Assembly (NCBI GenBank): GCA_951406725.2 | Contig: OX597840.1 | Span: 2,790,001 to 2,854,000 of the forward strand | DNA: 64,000 nt | Source: Octopus vulgaris | Taxonomy: Eukaryota | Direction of reading: 5' to 3' | Shown: positions 54,335 through 64,000 of the stretch, piece by piece | Layout: every line of letters starts with the position of its first letter | Numbering within the stretch: position 1 is the first letter of the stretch | The notes under the pieces: generated by a model | Told to the model about the DNA's origin: nothing | The model's database searches: none | The model's input: only the letters and a program-made list of their open reading frames with translations | Made by a program: the position numbers and the translations under genes

Positions 54335-54610
54335 GAATTGGTACCTGAATGGAGTGAAAATTTAAAAACTGTTTCTTTCAGTGAGTTTTCTGAAGAAACT
54401 GGACCAAGCCACAGACTTTCCCAGAAGAGTAAAGCCTTAGACTATTTCTATTTACTTTTTCGAATGAGCCTATTTGAAATCATTACGCTAAACGTAAACA
54501 AACCGAAAGAAAGGATAGTTTGTTATTTCCCACAACCTTAAATGAAATTAAGGCCTATTTTGCCATAAATATTATTATGGGTATCAGAAAGTTACCCAGA
54601 ATAACAAATT
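54335..54610 (+). pseudogene. piggyBac (PGBD4-like, DDE_Tnp_1_7) transposase N-terminal fragment
   Basis: WSENLKTVSFSEFSEETGPSHRLSQKSKALDYFYLLF...EII, then a frameshift, then YAKRKQ...FPTTLNEIKAYFAINIIMGIRKLPRITN. This matches the piggyBac pattern F..xTGP...DYFxLF...YA...T..E.KA......MG..KLP. Confidence 0.75.
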
Positions 54611-55062
54611 CTATTGTAAAATTTTGTTGTATACCCAATTGAATATTAGCTAATAACCCATTTTCTATAGCGATGTTTGAACAAAATTTTAATAATTTTA
54701 CAGAAAGTTACCCAGAATAACAAATTCTATCGTAAAATTTTGTTGTATACCCAATTGAATATTAGCTAATAACCCATTTTCTATAGCGATGTTTGAACAA
54801 AATTTTAATAATTTTACAGAAAGTTACCCAGAATAACAAATTCTATCGTAAAATTTTGTTGTATACCCAATTGAATATTAGCTAATAACCCATTTTCTAT
54901 AGCGATGTTTGAACAAAATTTTAATAATTTTACCCAGTATAACAAATTCTATCGTAAAATTTTGTTGTATACCCAATTGAATATTAGCTAATAACCCATT
55001 TTCTATAGCGTTGTTTGAACAAAATTTTAATAATTTTACAGAAAGTTACCCAGAATAACAAA
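54585..55062. repeat. 116-bp tandem repeat, about 4.2 copies
   Basis: CAGAAAGTTACCCAGAATAACAAA starts at 54585, 54701, 54817 and 55039; the copy near 54933 lacks 10 bp. Confidence 0.95.
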
Positions 55063-55340
55063 CGAGCCCTTCTGGGTATTAGCGCGCGTCTACGATGAGT
55101 CTACGATTTAAAAAAAAATTACCATCATATTTTTCCATTTTAATGCATTTTTTTCGCTTTTATATAAGGGAAGTAACTCTCTAAAAATATCTACGATGTG
55201 TGAACGATTTAAAGAAAAATTTACCTTAATTTTTTTTCAATTTTTAATGCATTTTTTTGCTACTTTTTGGCTATAACTCTCTAAAAATGCTTATATAGTT
55301 ATTTCCCTTACAACCCGAGCAACGCCGGGCGATACTGCTA

Positions 55341-55391
<51 letters not shown>

Positions 55392-55404
55392 TATGTGCCC
55401 ACAT

Positions 55405-55439
<35 letters not shown>

Positions 55440-55620
55440 CTTATAGATATAAGTATGTACATACACCTATGCATATATGTATATATGTATATATATATAT
55501 ACATATATATATGTGTGTGTATATATACGTATATATATGTATATGTACATATATATATGTATATATATATAAATATATATATAGATATATATATATATAC
55601 AGACACATACGCACGCACAT

Positions 55621-55690
<70 letters not shown>

Positions 55691-56733
55691 ATGTTTTGGT
55701 TTGGTGTAGCGACAATAGAAAGCTGGTGCTACGGCTTATTTTACAAACACTTCAACAAAAGTGTTAGTCAAGTACAAAAATTAATAAGAGATTAAATAAA
55801 AGACAAATGAACAGCAAATTATGCAATGTGCTCTGTATCTCATAGCCGAAACAACTGTAAGCCAATGAAGTTCATTTCATAATTATACAGTCCTTTGTCA
55901 TTTATGTAATTTTATAAATGCATACCGCACACACATACATATATTCAACTGCTATCCTGGGTTTAAAGGACAGCAACAACGATTAAAGGACGGAGACTGG
56001 AGGTAGTTGTAAAACCAGCTTGAAATCAAAACCTAATCCCCATTGATCTATGCTTAGCGTCAAATGCAATTCGATTAGTATATTAGTCCATGTACCTAAT
56101 TAAACAGGAAGAACTCATTTAGAGTAGCATTATTCATATGTCTTTTCATCTAGATCAGACCTGACATGGTCACTATCTCGAAACAACCGTATATTTCTAG
56201 AAATAGAAGCTAAAGTCTTTCCTGGTCCTTCCAAGGCATCATAAAAAGAGAAAGCACTTACTTCGTAATAGAATCTTAGCGACAAAATCCAAAACAAAAC
56301 AAAAAATACTAAGAGAAAATATTCAGAACGGGATGTAATTTATCACACGTTTCCTCATTCGGGTTGATTTATGGCTAAACAAAACCACCATATTAACAGT
56401 AAGAGAAAAAAAAAAGCGACAAAGACTCAAACGTCCTCACGTGATTACTAAGCATTTATTGAATCGAAGCGGCCATTTTGACTGACGCCTAATTTTATCA
56501 AATGTTTCCCAAGCACGTTTTATCTCGAGCGGCCATCAACAAGGATTATTTACTAAAAAGGGTTTATACGCATCTGTATTTGTATGTGTGTATATCTGTG
56601 GGTTTATGTGGGTTTATGTGTATGTGTGTTAGTGTATGTGCGTCTGTGTGTGTGTGATCGTGTGTACATGCAAATGCTTGGATTAAAGTATACGAGTATG
56701 AAATTGTGTTTATGTATACATTATAAATATATG

Positions 56734-56772
<39 letters not shown>

Positions 56773-56798
56773 ATTTATATGTGCATATGTATAAAGCA

Positions 56799-56839
<41 letters not shown>

Positions 56840-57086
56840 TACATATGTATGTTTATGTACATACAAATGTAAATACACGTTTTTATTTTGCTATTTCTCT
56901 CTATCTCTCTTTCTCTCTCTCACCCTCCATCATTCTCTCTCCTTGCCTTTCTCAATGCGTATATATATATATATACACACACATTAACATATGTATATAT
57001 ATGCTCAAATAAATACATCTCTGTGTTTCTCTCTCTCCCCGCACACACTCTTTCTCTCCATAACATATGCACATATATGTATATAA

Positions 57087-57138
<52 letters not shown>

Positions 57139-57303
57139 AAAAACAGGGAGATATACTCATGTGCTCATGTGTATATCATATATACAAATGAAATATTATT
57201 TAATCACATAAAATGCATTTATATATTTGTATGATAATATACATGTGAGGGCACATGAGGCGTGTGTATGAGTGTATATGATTTAATATGCAAAAATATC
57301 GCC

Positions 57304-57345
<42 letters not shown>

Positions 57346-57694
57346 GGATATGATCATGTATATACGTAAATAAATAAAATAAATACATATTCATCTAAGT
57401 ATCCGCTTATACATGTCAAATCCTATATATACATATATATATACACACATTTGTACATATACATCTATGTAGCAACAACGAGTTCAGACGTGTAGCTATA
57501 CATGCACACATGCGTTATAATTTGCCTCTGATCTTTAATTTCCTAACCTGAAATTAAAATCAAGTCTTTATCTTCCATAAACGTCAATTTATTGTATGAT
57601 TTCAAAAACACAAAAAATATACACACTTAAACCTGTGTGTGTATGTGTGTGTATATCTATCTATGTATATATCCATCCACCCATCCATCCATCC

Positions 57695-57752
<58 letters not shown>

Positions 57753-57762
57753 TAATCTATTG

Positions 57763-57806
<44 letters not shown>

Positions 57807-58179
57807 GTCTATCTATCTATCTGTCTATATATCTATCTATCTATCTGTCTATATATCTATATATATATATATAAATATATATATATACATATACATATAC
57901 ATATACATAAATATATATATATATAAATATATAACTATATATATATATATACTTATACATATACATATACATAAACATAAATATATATATATTTATACAT
58001 ACGTATATATATATATATATATATATAGTATGTATGTATCTATGTATGTATGTATTTATGTATGTATGTATGTATCTATGTATGTATGTATGTATGTATT
58101 TATGTATGTATACAGCACTAAATAGCATTTTGATATCTCATACACCTTTCTTAAACTAACGATCTTAATATCTTTAGTC

Positions 58180-58214
<35 letters not shown>

Positions 58215-58249
58215 CCTACCTATCTATCCATCTATCTTCTTACCTATTT

Positions 58250-58315
<66 letters not shown>

Positions 58316-58823
58316 CTATCTATGTATCTGTTCTTCTATGGCTCTATCTATTTGTCTATGTATCTAAATATTTATCTATCTATCAATTATCTATTTATAC
58401 ATCCACTTATCTACCTATTTAGCTCTCTATTTGTTTGTTTATTTATGTTTGACTATATGCATAATATGCATATGCATATATAAATATATATTTGTATATG
58501 TGTCTGTCTGTGTGTATACGTACACATAAAAATACATACGTGTATACGCATACATAAACGTATATTTAAACTAGTATATTATATATATATATATATATAG
58601 ATATATATATATATATGTAATATATGGATATAAATATATACGTTTGTGTATGCGTATGCAAGTATGTATTTTTATGTGTACGTATATATATATATCCACA
58701 CATATACACTGATATATACACTTAAACCCACGCACAGAGAGATTATTGAATGTGAGGGATAGGGTGTGGGTGATGAAAGAAATAAAAACATCCTGTTTGA
58801 TATAAACTCTTATAAATAATATA

Positions 58824-58867
<44 letters not shown>

Positions 58868-60771
58868 CCTTCTCTCTATCATCATTTCCTTCATACCTTC
58901 TTTTATTTTAATATTTTATTTTTTTTATTCATATTTATCGAATACATATAAAGTCACAAAACAAAACGATATTACTGAAACATCTTTCATACATAGAGAA
59001 ATATCAAATATTAAAATGAAAGAAAAAAAACACGTATCATACATCGTATATATAGCAATCATATGCGTTATTATATAACTGGAGGAATATTATTTTAAAT
59101 GTTGCATATCATTCCCGTTCCCCTTACTGCCCAACACGACTTAATAATATGCGTAAAATTTAAGACATCGATTTAAACAGTAAAGAAACAATAAAAACTA
59201 AATGCACGAGGCTAAGAAGTAATAACATGGTGGATATGTATTTTTCGTAACAAAACAAAGGAATGTATATGAATTTATGTATGTATGTATGTATGTATGT
59301 ATGTATGTATGTATGTATGTCTTTGTCTATTCCTATATATATTATATATACCTATGTATCGATCTTTCGTACTATATGCAGTGTATATTTATATATATAT
59401 ATATATCTTCATACATAAATATATATTCGTACATAAATGTATATATGTATATATATACACAGATTTATGTATGAATATATATGTATGAAGATATATATAT
59501 ATATATATATATACATACATATATGTATATATAGATGTATATGTATTCATACATATAAGTATATGTTATATAAACATATATAAGTACATATATATGTTAA
59601 GATGGAAGATATACGAATAAAAATGTAAATTTACATATTATGATACAAACTTATGTATGTAAAGATATATATGTTATATATAGAGAGATATCTATATACA
59701 GAAAGAGAGAGAGATAAATACATGCCCAAACCTGGATGTATATATTTAAATTGAGAGAGAGAGAGGGTGAGAGAGGCAGATGGTATTTGCACACATATAC
59801 GTACATATGTACATATATCTAGTACACACACACACAAATACACATATATATTAATTTGCTTCAAGATCTATGTATAAACATTTTGTGTAATTATTTAGAT
59901 ATAAATGTAAATTATATATATGTCCACACATAAATATATACAAATAAATATATATTTATGTGTGTGTGTATGTCTGTGTATGTGTATATATATACATATT
60001 GGCATATATGTATACATATTGGCATATATGCGTGTACGTACCATATGTATATTTAGAAAAATTATTTATTCAATTGCTCATATATATATATATATATAAA
60101 TGCATGTATGTATATTGTTATATATATATATTAAGAGATTTAAATTATATGGCATTTGGCTTAAGATTTGTTAATATAGTAATGCGTGCGCTTGTAGCAA
60201 TTGGGAACAATTTCTCTGCCTTTATAGTTGCTATTGTTGTTATTGCTATTGTTGTTGTTGTTGTTGTTGTTATTGTTGTTTGTATTTATTTAGCATAGTT
60301 CTCTTGTTGTTGTTGTTCATGTTCATATATTATAGATTTTCACATTTTTGCTGTAGTTCCCTGTTCTTCTTCTTCATCTTCACCACCTTCCACCACTTCT
60401 TTTCCTTCTCCTTCAACTTCCCTCTTCTGCCTACCTCATCTTGTTAGTAGGCTATTTATCCGTTTCTCCAGTTTTGCTTGCTATTTACGTCCCTATTTTT
60501 AAACAAACGGCATTTAGACATTTAAATTCCTTCGCAAAATTACACTGGTAAAAGACAAAGTAAAAATTCGTACGAAATTCATACGACAATCCATTACAAA
60601 AATTTACAATATACACACACACACACACACACACAAACACATAGACGTTTGTGTGAGTGTATATAAGTATGTATGTAGTAATATATATGTATAAATATTT
60701 GTGTATATAGGTATATGTGTATATAAAATCATATATACATTCGTGCATATCTACCCTTATAATACTTGCTT

Positions 60772-60802
<31 letters not shown>

Positions 60803-61272
60803 AATGTATATATTTCTACATATATATATGTATATATATATGTGTGTGTGTGTGTGTGTCTATTACGTATATGTATAATATAAAAACATACATACATTCG
60901 TGCATATCTACCCTCATAATTCATGCTTACACACACAGACATATATATATATATATACGTATGTATATATATACATATATATATGTATATGTGCATATAT
61001 ATATATGCACACACATAGATATACATATATATGTGTATATATATGTATGCGTATATATGTATTTATATGCATATATTTATATATATGTGTGTGTGTGTGT
61101 GTGTGTATGTGAGTGTGTGTGTGTGTGTGTATATAATCCCGCAGTGAAAAAAACATGAAAGCTAGTCATCAACAATTGTATCTGTTACGTTATATTTTCA
61201 TGTATTCAATTATTCCATGAATAATAACTTTATTTCTAGCTATTATACGAATATAGAAGTATGCACACATGT

Positions 61273-61316
<44 letters not shown>

Positions 61317-61485
61317 GTATGCATACGTATACATACACGTCTGTCTTCCTCTATATGTACGCACATACATGTATTTAATATATGTTGTATTAAATGTGCA
61401 TGTTTGTATTTGTGCGTGCGTATTAGTTTGTGTGTGTGTGTGTGTTTGATTCTGTGTGGTTGTGCCTGTGTGTGCGTGTATGCGT

Positions 61486-61542
<57 letters not shown>

Positions 61543-61628
61543 TGTGTGAGATCCAATTTTAGTATTACGTTATATATGGTTTGTGTTTCCTGTTAGTTGT
61601 GTATTAACGAGAGAGAGAGAGAGAACGA

Positions 61629-61659
<31 letters not shown>

Positions 61660-61818
61660 CGATAAAGAACGAGAGAGAGAGCAAGCGAGTGTGATTGTGT
61701 TAATTAGAGGGATAATAGAATGCGAGAGTTTGATTATTGCATATAAGAAGAGAAATGGAGAACGAGAAACAATTCGGCAGAATGTTTGAAGAACACATAC
61801 ATAGATATATTTGGTAGG

Positions 61819-61860
<42 letters not shown>

Positions 61861-62295
61861 TTATATAAACTATATACATTTAAACGTATATGAATTGGGA
61901 TGTGTAAGTTCTCATTTAAACTGTTATGATATTGAATATGAATAATTCATACAGCCTTTACAAGCATTGCCCGAAGCGGAATATGAAAGGATAAACTCTT
62001 CTTAGTGACTTGTAATCCGCATCTGTTACTTCTCGCCCGATGCCTTACACATAACATCAAAGGTAATGCGACAAATATTTGTCTGTATATCACATGAAGA
62101 TCGCCAAGCACTTCGTCGCCTTTCAGCCGCCAGGTGTGATGGTGACTCTCCTGCAGCTTAGTAAATCGTTGTAGATTACCACAATTCAATTCTAAATTTT
62201 GTTGTGTCACCTGTACTTATATACATTTAACGATTGTATATATACATGTATATAAGTATATATATATATATATATATATATATACTGTCCGAGTC

Positions 62296-62483
62296 ATACG
62301 CCATGAAAGATCGTTAGCCACTACACATATTTTTCTCTCCTTGTTTTTTCTGTGTACCTTTCTGTGGAAGAGCATAGGCTCGAAACGTAAAAGACTGTTT
62401 ATATTCCTCGGCGTTATACTAATACATCTGTTTGTTTTGTACACCACCTGTTTTCATCTTTTGTTTCTTTCGTAAACTTTCCC

Positions 62484-62485
<2 letters not shown>
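62296..62485 (+). mobile_element. Penelope-like terminal repeat, family P1, with hammerhead variant
   Basis: CTTT-CTGTGGA-AGAGCATAGGCTC-GAAACGTA-AAAG at 62358-62393. Lies between (TA)n tracts. Confidence 0.65.
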
Positions 62486-62567
<82 letters not shown>

Positions 62568-62569
<2 letters not shown>

Positions 62570-63920
62570 AATTAAGGACTGAACACGAAAAGTGGACAGC
62601 TATCGGCTGAGTCTATCATCGAGATTGTGCCGCCCCCTTTCCTTAACAGGGAAAGAAAGGCTTGTTTTTTCTGTGTAGTAGCCATACTGAAAGAAACAGT
62701 ATGGAAGACGCGTACGAAAGGTATAGTGACAGGCACCTTTGTCTCCGGCCAGGGGTTGATTAACTTTTTTAGTTACCACCTCAGTAGCAAAATCTGGCTG
62801 GAGAAGAGGTGTCTGTCACGAGATATGTTTGTGAAAAGATGGAAGCCTGTGGCATACAAGATGGGTATGTTTGGCACCAGGTAAGCGTGACCGGATCAGA
62901 AAGTAAAGGTTCTACCCGGATGGCTGGGTGTCCGTCCTTCGACATGATCATTAATATTTTTAAACATTGCCTTCGTAAAATTCATTGTTTATAATCTTAT
63001 CCGTAATTTCATTCGAAAATTGTAACTGTGTTAAGCTACTTCACCCTTTATATTTGTCTGTCCTTGTTTGTCCCCTCTTTGTAAATGCCTAAATGGCAAA
63101 TTATATGAAATAAAGTAGACTGCTTACCAACCACATGGTTCCGGGTTCAGTCCCACTGCGTGGACCTTGGGCAGGTGTCTTCTACTATAGCCTCGGGACG
63201 ACCAAAGCCTTGTGAGTGGATTTGGTAGACGGAAACTGAAAGAAGCCTGTGGTATATATGTATATATATATATATATATATGCGTGTGTGTGTTTGTGTG
63301 TCTGTGTTTGTCCCCTAGCATGCTGGTGTGTTTATGTCTCCGTTACTTAGTGGTTCGGCAAAAGAGACCGATAGAATAAGTACTGGGCTTACAATAGAAT
63401 AAGTCCTGGGGTCGATTTGCTCGATTAAAGGCGGTGTTCCAGCATGGTCGCCATCAAATGACTGAAACAAGTAAAAGAGTAAAAAAGAGTAAAGAGATGT
63501 ACCTGGATTGATTAAATCCTTAACCTAATCCCGGATCACTTCCGGGAGTTAACGTTCGTCATCTTCTGGGGTCGGGTCGTGTATACCACTTATCCATCTC
63601 TGGAGATGATCAATGATAAAATAGAAGGCAATATACACTCGAAAGAGAAATTTATATTTCAAATGTCTCTACTTTTGGCGCGATGAGACCCGAGAAAACT
63701 AGCCTGCAGCTAATAGTTAGCAGCAGTTAATTTATCGGTTAGAGAACAAATATTTATATAAAATTAAAATTTAGGGTAAAAATTGATATTTATCAATTAG
63801 AACCAGTGGTCTAGCATATTAAAGAAAGAATCCGAAGATTAACATATTTATATATACCAATTAAGGACTGAACACGAAAAGTGGACAGTCAACATGCTAG
63901 ATATAGACGTCAAATCGCCA
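62568..63920. repeat. Unclassified (possibly Penelope-like) repeat region bounded by a 32-bp direct repeat
   Basis: CCAATTAAGGACTGAACACGAAAAGTGGACAG occurs at 62568 and 63857, each preceded by TA runs. Confidence 0.4.
63114..63496 (+). mobile_element. SINE family A, slightly 5'-truncated
   Basis: Colinear with the other copies; GAGTAAAAAAAGAGTAAAGAG tail. Confidence 0.92.
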
Positions 63921-64000
63921 TATATATATATATATATTTATGTATGTATATTTAACGATTTGTTATATATATATACATACGAGCAAAACGCCCCCCGTCG

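Larger units (their letters stand above)
53981..55341 (+). mobile_element. Non-autonomous Helitron carrying a piggyBac fragment and a tandem array
   Basis: Starts A|TCTCTTATTATAAAAGGCAGATTTTATCTGCCT and ends CCCGAGCAACGCCGGGCGATACTGCTAG|T. Segments of 55075-55341 are homologous to the 12253 element. Confidence 0.85.

Noticed and set aside
54585-55062. Possible CRISPR-like array
   Set aside because: The whole 116-bp units are near-identical with no unique spacers; the context is eukaryotic and there are no cas genes.

Overview
This is AT-rich, repeat-saturated eukaryotic DNA. By recognition of its SINE families it is most likely from an Octopus (coleoid cephalopod) genome; that assignment is inference. 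I found no credible host protein-coding exon. Almost all ORFs in the track are artefacts of (TA)n, (TATG)n, (GATA)n, (CA)n, (GA)n and trinucleotide repeats, so the window looks like a large intron or gene desert. The recognisable coding signal is all transposon-derived: a young 5'-truncated R4/Dong-clade RLE LINE embedded in (TAA)n (19.4-21.05 kb), older Dong-like fossils, a degenerate Helitron Rep fossil (21.7-23.7 kb) carrying an internally inverted RTE insertion, and RTE, CR1-group, mariner and piggyBac fragments. Non-coding elements include three tRNA-derived SINE families (called A, B and C here), four non-autonomous Helitrons with a shared 3' end, Tigger and mariner MITEs, a ~714-bp fold-back element, and Penelope-like terminal repeats carrying minimal hammerhead ribozyme folds. 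The most notable observations are: five hammerhead-like motifs, four with variant cores; a hairpin-dense ~490-bp RTE-like element; a Helitron that captured a piggyBac fragment plus a 116-bp tandem array; a twin-priming-type RTE inversion; a SINE flanked by a ~245-bp direct duplication; and apparent partitioning of TE families among different microsatellite types. I did not find a clear novel multi-gene system.
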